From the NCBI GenBank assembly GCA_977018835.1, contig OZ361258.1:868001-932000 (forward strand): 64,000 nucleotides of DNA, written 5' to 3'. A program made the translations under genes and the position numbers. The notes beneath the pieces were generated by a model that had not been told where the DNA came from, did no database searches, and saw nothing but the letters and a program-made list of their open reading frames with translations. This DNA is from Minutocellus sp. GHC0000111. Its lineage: Eukaryota. Shown here piece after piece: positions 21,052 through 31,884 of the stretch (position 1 is the first letter of the stretch; every line of letters starts with the position of its first letter).

Positions 21052-22086
21052 TTACCACCACTGTTCAAAGTGTATTGCCGTTCTTGGCACACTGTGTTCC
21101 TTGCATCTCTCGGACATTTCTTCTGCAAACCCTGTTGGACCACAAATATATACGGAAGTTATACTTTTCCCCTCTTCATTTTCGTTCGAGGGCTCGGTAG
21201 GATCTTGACTTATAGCCCATTGTAGAGCTTCGCCGATCTCTGATGAAGTGATTCTTCCTCGACGATAAGGCAATGATGGGTTTGAATTCTCCTTCGATAC
21301 CTTCTCCTCATCTTTCGTCACGTTGTAAACTATCCGAAAATTTGTTGAAAACTCCTTGGCCATTGCATCAAGCTCTGGCTCAAAGAGGAGCTCATCGGCC
21401 TTCAAAGCCGAATATAGTAATATTGCTTTTGAACCTTGCGTACCTTGCTCTCCTCTTCTAAGATCAGAATGTAATTGTCGCAGCATCCCATAGAGTGGAT
21501 TGATCCCAACACCACCAGCTATGAAAAGCAAGGCTTTGTCGCTACAATCTGGTGCAGTCGAATACACAAACTCGCCACCAACCCTGACTTTCACGGCATC
21601 CCCAACTTTTGCGTTGGACGTTACCCATTCAGCCGGTGGGTGACGACTTCTCTTGACGGCCAATTCCAATCGAGGCAGATGTGATGGCAACGATGTGATG
21701 CTATAGCCTCCCACCATGTTGATGGGTGGGATGTAAAAGTCCACCCACTGTCCGGGTAGAAAGTTAAAAGGCTTGGAGGGCTGGACCGGCTGCCACGTTA
21801 CACCTTGATCACTGGTAAGCATGGGGCAGTTCAGATTCACATTGATTGTGACCCCGGTAACCGTGGGGGTCAGCTGAGAAAGATGTGTGATTGAAGCGTC
21901 GTGCCACAACCTCAGCGACGACGAAGAATCTTCGCCGCCCGCGCTACTTTCAGTTGTGTGTTCGTCTTGTGCCGACTTGCTACTAGACATCATGTGTTGA
22001 GAGGATTGCGAGCAATAAGAGGGTCTCCGTAGCAGCAGCTGCTTATGGAACAAAGTACTCGTGCTGGCGAGGTAACTGCGGCCCAT
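21052..22086 (-). CDS. FAD/NAD(P)-binding oxidoreductase, OXNAD1-like (FNR family)
   Basis: FLPGQWVDF, GGYSITS, LAVK...HPP, IAGGVGINP, YICGP and C-terminal FEQWW. Confidence 0.85.
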   Translation of the reverse strand: MGRSYLASTSTLFHKQLLLRRPSYCSQSSQHMMSSSKSAQDEHTTESSAGGEDSSSSLRLWHDASITHLSQLTPTVTGVTINVNLNCPMLTSDQGVTWQPVQPSKPFNFLPGQWVDFYIPPINMVGGYSITSLPSHLPRLELAVKRSRHPPAEWVTSNAKVGDAVKVRVGGEFVYSTAPDCSDKALLFIAGGVGINPLYGMLRQLHSDLRRGEQGTQGSKAILLYSALKADELLFEPELDAMAKEFSTNFRIVYNVTKDEEKVSKENSNPSLPYRRGRITSSEIGEALQWAISQDPTEPSNENEEGKSITSVYICGPTGFAEEMSERCKEHSVPRTAIHFEQWW

Positions 22087-22230
22087 CTCGGGCGTTGGCT
22101 GAGCATGGGGTGCATGCCTTGTGTGGCGGTTTGCGGGAATAGCGGAACAGCTTCCTGACAGCTGACAGCAGCTCCCAGACAGCACGCCTTCGTCAGTGCG
22201 CACAGCCACAGCCCCGAAGAACGAAGCAAC

Positions 22231-24345
22231 ATGGCACCTCGTCCTCATCTACCACCGCCCCTGCCAATTCGTGCGTCGCCAAAGACAACTCCCCCTCAGG
22301 TTTCTGATGATAAGTCTGGAACTGATCAGCACGATGGCGCAGTACCGGCCTCCACTATTCCATGCTCATCAACGCTTCTGAATCTTCCACCCGACGTCAT
22401 CCCTCTACACATCCTTCCAAATCTGAACGCCTCTTCGGCACTCAACTTTGCGCTTACCAGCAAGGCCTCGCTTGCCTTCTTCGACGATGATCGTCATTTT
22501 CGGGCTGCATTGCGTCGCGACTTTCCCAGGGCTGCTGCCGCTAGCGCTGCTTCCAACACCGACACAACCTCTGGTTCGCCGACGAAAGGAGCAGCTGCCA
22601 AGGCCAAGGAAGAATATTACCTGCAGCTGTCCATTCTATGCGGCTACGATCCACGATGGTACCGCCTTAGCACACTGGGCAACGATGTTGCCAAGTCACG
22701 CCAAGGTTTTGGCAAGACAGTTCTTTTGGGACATCCCGTCGTTTACGGTGGATGGGCGACCGACTCCCGAGGCTTCTTCGACATTGAATCCGATGTTGTT
22801 TATCTATCGGAACAGTCGACGATGAGTACCGGCGCGCAATATCAGTGGAAGAGATTGAGGATTGCCAACGCAGGCGATGTCCCCCAGTACGCAACATACT
22901 GCACGGCTGCTGTTGGTGTTGACGACTTGCCGCTTTCCCAACTCGTAAATATCAATGGCTTTGCAGACCTTGCCCGAGCGAGGCATTGGAACATAGAGGA
23001 CGACACAGTCTTTCCAGTACTGTTTGTCTCCGGCGGTGTAGCCGAGGGAGCCTACCGCTGCGCAACATCATTCTTGCACGCAATTATCGGTGGACAAAAG
23101 CAACAACAAGATACATCCAAAAATGAAAGGAAAGACAACAAGTCGGATAACATGGAGGCATATGACTGGTGTCGGCTCGAGATTTGCGGTGGAGTTTTCG
23201 ATGAGATTCCCCCCCATGAAAGAAGTCTCGCAGCAGCGCGGGAGGCTGTGCCTGATGCCATTCCAACGGGAGCATCGAGCAAAGAGGGAGCACTTTCACC
23301 TCTGCCAACAAAGTTTGGTGGCTCTTCCAGAGCTGGCCATTCTCTGTTTTACGACAGACGTTTGGGCGCCCTGTGTTCGTTTGGTGGATTTTGTGATACC
23401 ATCGCAAGACGAGCGTGGGTCGACGGAGGATCATTCGATGAAGGGAGTGATCGAATTGGCAATCCTGCCGGAAATTTGCCCGAACTCGGTTGGTCTGGAC
23501 ACCGTGCACTGCATCACCTCGAGGTGTACGACTTATCCAAGGGTCGATGGGCGAAGGTCCTGCAGTCAGGTGCTGACCCCCTTGCAAGATTCGGTTGTTC
23601 GGTCGTCGACATTACCAAAGAGAATCCAAAATCAGCCATTAGCTCAAAATATCTTGTTATGGGTGGGTGCACCGGCCGAAATAACCACAAGGGGAATCAT
23701 GCCGATGGAACCGAGCTTCAAGATCCTGCCAGCCACCGAATTTTCCACCTGCAGCGGAGTAATTCTACCGGTTCGGGCGAGGAAATTGTAGCTCGGTGGC
23801 ACATTCCGCTCGATTCCGAGCGAGCAAGTCTTACGGTTGACGCAACACACTGCCGTGCAGCCTTGGGAAGACTTCACGCGAGTTGCAAAATCGCCGAGCA
23901 TAGCCACGTCTTTTTCGGAGGTGGCCACCCGGCTCGGCTATCATCTTCACTGATGGCACTAAGGAGCGGTATATCTGACCCGTACGCAAAGGCAGGGTCT
24001 CCAAGATTTGTCAATTGGGGGCGACCTCTTTGTTCATATCATGTAACGGATGGGAATGTATTTATGGAGACGGAGGACTTTGACTATCATTTTTCCAGAA
24101 GAATCGGTTGTAATGCTGAGAGCAGTCGCCTGGTCCCTTCGCCTAGTCTTGCCCGTGGTGATTGTTTGTTTGTCACAGACCCCCAGCGACCTGGCGAAGC
24201 CTTTCTGTATGGTGGGTGGAGAGGAGATGAGCTCGGTGACTGTTTCAAGCTTGTGCTGGGAATTGAGAGGAATGATGAGCGTGAACGATACGGAATTAGA
24301 GCCGAATCTATCCGCCGTACCAGAGGCGGCTCGGAGGAATCATAG
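22231..24345 (+). CDS. F-box-like protein with divergent Kelch repeats
   Basis: LLNLPPDVIPLHILPNL..LNFALTSK, plus repeated R.GHS/hydrophobic-GG motifs (VVYGGW, SRAGHS..CSFGGF, ARFGCS..VMGG, VFFGGG, FLYGGW). Confidence 0.65.
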   Translation: MAPRPHLPPPLPIRASPKTTPPQVSDDKSGTDQHDGAVPASTIPCSSTLLNLPPDVIPLHILPNLNASSALNFALTSKASLAFFDDDRHFRAALRRDFPRAAAASAASNTDTTSGSPTKGAAAKAKEEYYLQLSILCGYDPRWYRLSTLGNDVAKSRQGFGKTVLLGHPVVYGGWATDSRGFFDIESDVVYLSEQSTMSTGAQYQWKRLRIANAGDVPQYATYCTAAVGVDDLPLSQLVNINGFADLARARHWNIEDDTVFPVLFVSGGVAEGAYRCATSFLHAIIGGQKQQQDTSKNERKDNKSDNMEAYDWCRLEICGGVFDEIPPHERSLAAAREAVPDAIPTGASSKEGALSPLPTKFGGSSRAGHSLFYDRRLGALCSFGGFCDTIARRAWVDGGSFDEGSDRIGNPAGNLPELGWSGHRALHHLEVYDLSKGRWAKVLQSGADPLARFGCSVVDITKENPKSAISSKYLVMGGCTGRNNHKGNHADGTELQDPASHRIFHLQRSNSTGSGEEIVARWHIPLDSERASLTVDATHCRAALGRLHASCKIAEHSHVFFGGGHPARLSSSLMALRSGISDPYAKAGSPRFVNWGRPLCSYHVTDGNVFMETEDFDYHFSRRIGCNAESSRLVPSPSLARGDCLFVTDPQRPGEAFLYGGWRGDELGDCFKLVLGIERNDERERYGIRAESIRRTRGGSEES

Positions 24346-24500
24346 GTTCTTCATTCTTACCGAGAACCATGTAGCTTAATAGAGTATTTCAAAATAGATT
24401 ATAGCCAGTAACCATTGCTGTTGTTTATAATATATGTAAGTATAACTGTACAAAATTGTGCAGTCGACTCGAAAGAAAAGCAAAAAAAGCAAGTTGGTGT

Positions 24501-26693
24501 CTACCCGAGCTCAATGGTGGGTCCGTCCATCATCATGTCTTCGTCAACGTCTGGGAATGAGATACCTCCTATCGAAGCAGCACCGCCAGTCGAGGCGGCA
24601 CATGCGTTTAGAGCTGATTCTGTCGAAGGCGAGAGTGCGAGACTTCCCAGTCGGTGATATGACGATGCAACGCTTGCCTTACTTTCACTTCGAACACTCA
24701 TTAGCGAGTGATCTCCGACAGAGTGCGTCTCCGAACCATGACGGCTTCTCGGAGGGGCCACCATGGGTGACAATGGCGGTCCCATAGTATTGTTGTGGTT
24801 GGTCTTGAGGCCACCGGTGCCCGCCCCTCCCGACTGAGGAGCTTGCTGTGGCTGCTGAAATCCCTTGTTCCCAGAAGATGCCCGGGTTCCCGTGCTGATT
24901 GAACCCGATTCGCCCGAGGAGGTGTTCTCGTTGGTGCTTTGGTGATCATCGAATACACCCATGAGACTCTGACCACCGAGGGTAGTGCCGACAGATCCAC
25001 TACAGAGAGACATGCCCTCAAGAGTGAGATTTCCATCGTCCAGGCTGTGCGCGCCGCCTGGCGTGTGCGGCGCGCTGTCCAGAAAGACGTTGGAGGGAAG
25101 GTGCTGTCTGGCAGCGCCCCCCGATGGAGGAGTAGATGGATCCCGGGCCTCGTGGTCCCGCGTTGCAATCTGTTGGTGCCCTCTGGAACGCCTTGTTGTG
25201 GACAAGCGGCGACGTGAGATGGCCTGAGGCTGCTGCGGTGGAGGCGGCGGCATATCCTCGGTGTCCATACTGGACATCTCGAGGAGCTCGACCTCCTGTC
25301 CCTCCTCGCTCACCTCGTCTTCGTATCGGTAGGACCCGAAGGGCTGCTGCCAGAAGGCTGGCGGAACCGAACTAAGAGCAATACCCCCGCTTCCTTCTGT
25401 CTTGACGGGAGCGGAAGTAGACGCGGGTGCATCAGCTGATGAAGCGGAGGTACCACCCATGGCAATATCCTTGGTCTTGTCCGAAGTCTTTCCAGTGGCG
25501 GTCGACTTGTTGTCCCAGGAGAACAGGATGTGCTGCGCCATGCTGAACATGCCCGAGGCCATCGACTTGTCGTCCATGGACGTCAGATTCGAAGAGGAGG
25601 CGGGGATGGGCTCTGAGATGGCTGCTGCTGCTTCTGCTGCAGAACTGTCGGGGTGGGGAGAATCCTGCAGCATGAGCCGGGCCACCTCGTCAGCTTCGTC
25701 GGCGGTGATCTCTTGATGTTGATGCTGATTATTCGACGGAGCACCGGGATGATTCGAAGCTGGTGCCGGAGGAGCCGAGGGATGGGACGAGGCAGGACCA
25801 AACCCAAAGGCCGAGGTGACCGCGTTGAACACGGACGATTCGGCCTTGGCTTCGTTCCTGGGAGGAAGACCAAAGGGGTAGGGACCCGACGGTGCTGCCG
25901 GTGCTGGAGCCGGTCCAGTAGAAGATCGGGGGTGGTGATTGTGATGGTGGGGAGGAGGTGGATGAGGAGCGCGGGGCTGGTGATTGTGGTGGTGGTAGGA
26001 GCCGCTGCCCATCGAACCAGAAGCGGCGGAGGCAGATCCCGAGCCTCCGGACGAGAAGGAGCGAGAGGGTGGCGCTTGCTGATGAGGGTAGTAGTTCTGA
26101 TGCGCATGATGCGGAGGCGGTGGTCCATGATGCTGCGAATAGTGAGGCGGCGGATGGCCGTAGGGCGAGTACCCACCCGCCGCCCACTGCTGCTGCTGCT
26201 GCTCCCTCCGGATCCGTTCCTGCTCCTTCCGTTCCTTCTCCTCCTCCTCTTCCTTCTTCTTCTTGGCAGCGGCGGCCTCCTTCTCGGCCTCCTTTTCGGC
26301 CTCGAGCTCCTTCCTCAGCTTGGGCAGGTTCTCGCGGAGGGCCTGCGACGTCTTCTCCCTGGCCTTGATGTCGCCAATGTCGTACCAGTCCCCGTCCTTG
26401 GTGTCGCGGTTGAGGAACCGCCCCGGTGGGTTCTGGTTGCGTATCTCCTTGATGATGGACTCGGAGATGAGCCTCTTCTCCCTCTTGAACCTTGCCGTCA
26501 GGTACACCCGCTTCCTCTCTTCGACGAGGTTCCGATACTTGGCGTTGCCCGGGTGGGTGTTAATGGTGCCGCCTCGACCGCACAGGACGTCGCTGTCGGT
26601 CGGCTCGCACGGCTCCTTGGAGGCTGGGACGGGTTCGAACGGACCCGAGGGGATCTCGTCCATCGTCAGGTGTTCCTCTTTGTTCATCGTCAT
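24501..26693 (-). CDS. DUF6824 domain protein (diatom-expanded) with a long low-complexity tail
   Basis: DVLCGRGG..N.HPGN..YR.LV..., GRFL, W......AREKTSQALRE. Confidence 0.85.
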   Translation of the reverse strand: MTMNKEEHLTMDEIPSGPFEPVPASKEPCEPTDSDVLCGRGGTINTHPGNAKYRNLVEERKRVYLTARFKREKRLISESIIKEIRNQNPPGRFLNRDTKDGDWYDIGDIKAREKTSQALRENLPKLRKELEAEKEAEKEAAAAKKKKEEEEEKERKEQERIRREQQQQQWAAGGYSPYGHPPPHYSQHHGPPPPHHAHQNYYPHQQAPPSRSFSSGGSGSASAASGSMGSGSYHHHNHQPRAPHPPPPHHHNHHPRSSTGPAPAPAAPSGPYPFGLPPRNEAKAESSVFNAVTSAFGFGPASSHPSAPPAPASNHPGAPSNNQHQHQEITADEADEVARLMLQDSPHPDSSAAEAAAAISEPIPASSSNLTSMDDKSMASGMFSMAQHILFSWDNKSTATGKTSDKTKDIAMGGTSASSADAPASTSAPVKTEGSGGIALSSVPPAFWQQPFGSYRYEDEVSEEGQEVELLEMSSMDTEDMPPPPPQQPQAISRRRLSTTRRSRGHQQIATRDHEARDPSTPPSGGAARQHLPSNVFLDSAPHTPGGAHSLDDGNLTLEGMSLCSGSVGTTLGGQSLMGVFDDHQSTNENTSSGESGSISTGTRASSGNKGFQQPQQAPQSGGAGTGGLKTNHNNTMGPPLSPMVAPPRSRHGSETHSVGDHSLMSVRSESKASVASSYHRLGSLALSPSTESALNACAASTGGAASIGGISFPDVDEDMMMDGPTIELG

Positions 26694-27643
26694 GATGAGC
26701 TGAGTTGCCTTCCACGATGAGGTGAGTGAGTCAGGCGTGGAATGTAGGCAGTCGTTCCCAAAATAAATGGATTTATGCCAAGCTGCTTGTATCGCTGACC
26801 AAGGCAGATGCGTGGATAGCGTGGGGCCAACGTCCAAGGCAATCGCAAAGCTGGCTGGCAGGGCAAGTTAGTGTATGCCGATGCGAAAAGGGATTTGTGG
26901 TAATGCAACCGAACCGATGGGAAAAGACGCCACAAGATGTGCTGCTTTTCGTTATTGGCCAAAGAGGCAGGCGTTTGCTCTCGTCCGAATGCCGGTGCAA
27001 AGCAGTCGGTGATTTGGCTCAGTCGGTCCGGCCTCTCAAGTGCACAAGCTTGATTTCGATTCAATTCTCGTCGCCGACTGACTCTTGTTCTGTTTTCTCG
27101 ATCGGCGGCCGGTCGAATCTTGTCCTTGTTCTGACTCTCGCCGGAATCCAAAAGCGTTCGTAGAAGATTAGGGCTTGGCAATAAAAGAAGACGCACTCCA
27201 ACTCTACTGCGTCGAGCTGCCAATGCTCCGCTTGGTTCCGATTTATTTTTCCAGCGAGGCGTCTCCGTCCTCTCTCGTCGATGGTGATCAAAATTCGAAG
27301 GGCGGGGGCTGGTCTGCCACGCCGATCTTGGAAAGCCCTTGGGGAAAGGTCCCGCCGACACGTCAAAAAGAAATGTCTTGGCGATTTATTTGCTCTCGAC
27401 TTCCTTATCGAGTGCCGCGCACATTATCAGTAAGGAGGTGGTTCTGCGATTTTTGGCTCATAGATCTAGCGTGTATGGGGGGGTTACAGTTACGAGCGTA
27501 CAAATTTTCGCGCATCTTTGTGCCCTTCATTTTTGCGCGCAACTGGCTGAGCAATACGATAACATATTGCTCCTCTCCTCCCGGAAGTTTGCTGACATTG
27601 TTCCAAATAAAAGGTGGCAACTCACTCGCAATCATACACCATC

Positions 27644-29669
27644 ATGGCGCCCTACTCTCCTCTAGCCGTGGCATCTCTCCTCCTGTCGGCGTCGGCCTCC
27701 TTCCCCGGCATTGTTGCCGCCGAATCCTCCGACCAATTTAGCGCCGTTCGTGGTTCTTCCCATCAAAATGCCGCTGCTGCCCTCGCCGCCACGGCGGCTG
27801 CCCGTTCCCTAGCCTCCGAGAAGCTCCTCGGTTACAAGTTCGAGAACAACATGGACGATCACGCCCGGATCGACATGGACCAGCAGGCCATCGAGCTGGC
27901 CCTGGCCATCCGCACGTCGACGTCGTTCGACAACGCTCAGACCATCTACGAGAACGGGGGACATTCCAAATCGTACGCCCGCCTGCAGCTCCAAAGTCCC
28001 CTCCCCACCAAGGTGAAGAAGGGGTCGGACATCAAGGGCAAGACGGCCGACGGCACCACCGTCCACGCCAAGGCCTACGAGCAGGCCGAGGAGGGCGATA
28101 CGGTCATCGAGGTCCAGTACCCCACCGACGACAGTGCTCTCCCCTGCTTCGTCGGGGCTCTCAAGTGAGTTTTGGTGAAGCCAATTCAAAAGTCTTTTGT
28201 GTTCCAGCGTGTGGCTTGCGCATGCCTTGTCCATCTCCCTGGTGTGCGTCTAGTCTATACAATTGCGCATTTCCGATTCCACGCATATTGCTCACCCACT
28301 GAAGTCATGATGTGTCCCCGATCAATCGTGTGGTCACTTTTCTCCATTCCTCCTCCTCTCCCCCAATCGCAGCCTCGTCGATAAAGAGGAGACTGCGGGC
28401 CGCCTCGCTCCTTCGGGGAAACTCACCATTGGCGGCATTAAGGTCAACTATGATTACGACGTTGAAGAGGAGAACCTGAACGGCAGGACCATCGCCGGCT
28501 TTTCCCTCGGGGCAAAGAAGAAGATGTACGACACCAACCATGGCTGCGCCGGATGTCCGTACCCGGAGTACTCGGCCTTTGTGGACTACTACGGCAACTA
28601 CGAGTATGCCGACGACTGGGTCAAGGCCGCTCTGGCCGGGAAGGCCACGCCCTTCCAGGGCGCTGGCAACGCCGACTTCTCCAAGTTTGGCTTCATCGGC
28701 AAGGCCGAGGCGGCCAAGAAGGGGACGGCGTACATGGCGATTTGGATGTATGTGATCCGCGAGCTGCGGGATGCCATCGATGACTGCAACGTAGAGTGCG
28801 ACCTCGAGTGCGCGGCCGACGATCCCACCTGTACCCAGTGCAATGACGAGCCCGTCAAGGCCTGGGATGAGGGAGTGGCATTCTACTCCGGATCTCTGGC
28901 CGAGCAGGAGGATACCGGGGACGGCTATCTCTTGTTCTCTCTTGCCAACAAGCGTGGACTCAACTTTGGCACGCACACCGATGGCATGTCGTGGGTCAAT
29001 ACCGAAATCTTTGAGAACTTTCATGAGGGTGCCAAGCACCTTGCCGAGCGCGATTGCAAGAAGGCTGAGAAGAAGGCGGAGCGCATCATTGCCCTTATGC
29101 AGGTCCCGCTCATCCAGGGTACACTGCGCTACGCTCACAAGCTGTCGGTCTATGGCAGTGTAGAACAAGATGACGCAGCTTCGATCGAGAAGCACAATGG
29201 AGAGGGCGCGACATTTGCCGCCGCCATCCTCCCCATGCTGAACAAATGCAACCCGAAAGATGCGGAGACGGTCTACAAGCATATGAAGGTCGGAAAGCTT
29301 TGGGCTGACTATCCCGCCGTCAGGAAGGCATTTGAGAACAACTACGATTGCCTTGGCATTACCTGCGAGGACATCGGTGGTGTTCTGAACGACGAGTCAA
29401 AGTATTTCCTTGAGAAAGCTGGACCATGCGGTAGTGGAAAGGTCTTCAAGAGATACGGCTCCTCACCCAGTAGCTCAGGTGATAAGAAATTCAGCGTGGG
29501 AGCTTCCATTGGCATTGCCATTGGTGCATTCATTGGCTTCGTACTAGTCGCTCTTGGCCTGAAGAAGGTCACCGGAGGAGGCTCCGGCAAAGAGGAGTTC
29601 AAGGAAGAGCACACTGCGCCAGTAGAAAGCTACTCCGCTCAGGACACCGGAGAGAAGTCCATCATTTAA
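27644..29669 (+). CDS. FEA1-family (low-iron-inducible periplasmic protein-like) membrane-anchored surface protein; intron 28165-28372
   Basis: Signal peptide, RSL motif, IYENGGHSKSYA, FVDYYG...YAD.W, KKGTAYM, AWDEGVAFYSGSL, LANKR..NF.T, VPLIQGTLRYA and a C-terminal TM. The GTGAGT...GCAG intron keeps the frame. Confidence 0.75.
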
Positions 29670-30406
29670 AGTTTACTGTAGTTCTCCTACTTGGCGGATG
29701 CAAAAGATGAAACGCGGCGTCCGTATGTCGGCACATAACTTAAAGATCTCCTTTCGATAGATCTAGATCTTGTGACTAATCTAAATACATCACAAATCAT
29801 ATGCAGATCTCTAGATCTAGCTGCACTGAAGTGGAGCGCGAAGGATCCACCATCATCAGGCGAGACGATGATTTGTGTAAAAATCAAACTAACTCTTACG
29901 GTAGATCTAGATCTACCTACATGATACGATAGTATGCAGTCATCTGACTTACCCCTGTGTAGATCTACTAGCACATGTCTGCAGGAAGGGAAGTCACTCA
30001 TGTACGATGATGGTTCGATGTGAGTGGTCTCTGCACTTGTGCGGCTCAAAAAAAGATGTTTTTTGTGGAGAGCTTCAATTTACGCGGCGGCCCAACTCAC
30101 ATCCACAACCCAAGGCCACAAAATTCCGGCGATATTCACGCGGCCCAACACTAAATATACTGGTAAGTACGCCCAGCAATAATGCTCTTTGACAACATGT
30201 ATCTGTAAATTAGTAGATCTACTATCTCAGACTCTAGTAGAGATATTATATATCTAGAGGTTTATTTGTGAGAGCTACCCTGAATCATGAAAGCCTTACA
30301 TCGTCAAAAATCCCCGACGGACGAGAACAATTATTCGATTCAATTCATCCGCTAGCCCGCGCCACGAACACAAAAGAAGAGACACCGGAACAAATAACAT
30401 TCCCCG

Positions 30407-31884
30407 TTAATTGGGTTCTTGGTCATTTGGTTGAGCTCCAAGCGCACCGGACCTAGAAACCTCTTTGCTCTCTTCTCCGGAAGGGGCAGGCAGCTCTTGA
30501 GCTGCTGGATTGCCTGCGAGTGTTTCCGGGCCATTATAGCATGCCCCGCCCTGTGGAGCCTGCCCTTCAGGCTGGGCTATGCCGGTCTCCGGCTGTTGTT
30601 GCGAAGCAGCCGGGGCCGCACCGAGCGAGAGCATAGCTGCGGTATTCAGCCCCGTTCCGGCCATCGACAAAGGCGCACTTAGGGATGACAAAATATGCTG
30701 TTGCTGGGATATTTGATATTGCTGAGCCAAAAGAGCTTGTAGCAACAGCTGGTTCTGTGGCAGGCCTAGCAACGATAGCTGATTACCGTTAGGGGCAGGA
30801 TTTGTCCAGAGGGAGGGTGCTTGTGGCGCCAGAAGATTGGCCCCGAATGCCGGGACATTGACATTCGGAAACTGATTGTTGTTCAAGGCTTGGCCGTAAA
30901 TCCCCCCAGCAGCATTCTCGCCGTACGCAGGTGGGATGCCGGAATTATTTCCCATAGCTACCGTGGTACTGGTAGAAGTGGCTGTAGTAGGGGTAGCACC
31001 AAGTACTTGTCCTACTGCTTGGGAAGAAGAACCCGATGATGTTGAGTTCGGATTGGTTGGAATGTCCGGCAAAGGATGTTTTTCGGCCATATTGTAGAAG
31101 TCTGGAGCAGTATATACCGTCCCCGCACCGTCCTGTGCAACCTTTTTACCGGCAGATGATGATAATGGTGCCGTCTTGTCCTTTCGATTGCCGCTCGGCC
31201 GCCTCATCTTATTGGCTAGATGTGGCATACCTCGAAGGAAGAGCTGGGAATGGCAATGGAACCGAGTACGTTGTGGATGGATGAAGAGGAAGTGCATGAA
31301 AGGTGCCAACACTTTTGGTTTCAGACTATGATAACGGAGGAAGAAAATCAGTAAATATAACAATTCTAGAGGCAAAAGAATCTCCTCACCTCGTGATAAT
31401 AGCCGTTGTAGTCCGGACCCTGGTAGATGCGCTGGAACCCCCAACCGTTCACTTGGCGCATGAACGATGAATACTTCCCATGGCGGAAGTAGAGAGGTAT
31501 GACCTGTTCCTCGAATGCCCTTCTTTGGTGGACACGTCATGCCCTACCGTGAGGGAGCCACGATACGATATCCTCGAATGCTGGATTCGACAAGATGGAG
31601 TGGAGCTTCGCAATGAACGTTGGCTCTTTCTTGGCCCTTGGTAGCACGTGTATGTCGCCGTCGTCCTCCTCTCTCATGTCGGAAGGCTTCACATTAGAAT
31701 AGTCGACGTATGCCATGCCATCGCTGGGATCAATCGTGGAGGCTATGGCAGCATTATCGTCGTCTTCCCTCCCTGCCACCGTCGACTGAGCCGCCGGAGG
31801 AGGAGACTCGCCATCCGACAAGGGTGCGCTCGACGAGGGCTTCCGGTCGTCGTCATCGCCGTCGTCTTCATGCTGGTGGTCCAT
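30407..31884 (-). pseudogene. HSF-type transcription factor, copy 1; in-frame TGA at 31537-31539; intron 31244-31389
   Basis: FIAKLHSILS, IVSWLPHGRA*RVH, YFRHGKYSSFMRQVNGWGF, YYHE|LFLRGMPHL. The paralog has Trp where this copy has the stop. Confidence 0.7.

Noticed and set aside
25653..26720. 355-aa + strand ORF
   Set aside because: Antisense shadow of the DUF6824 gene.
28305..29282. 325-aa - strand ORF
   Set aside because: Antisense shadow of the FEA1-like gene.
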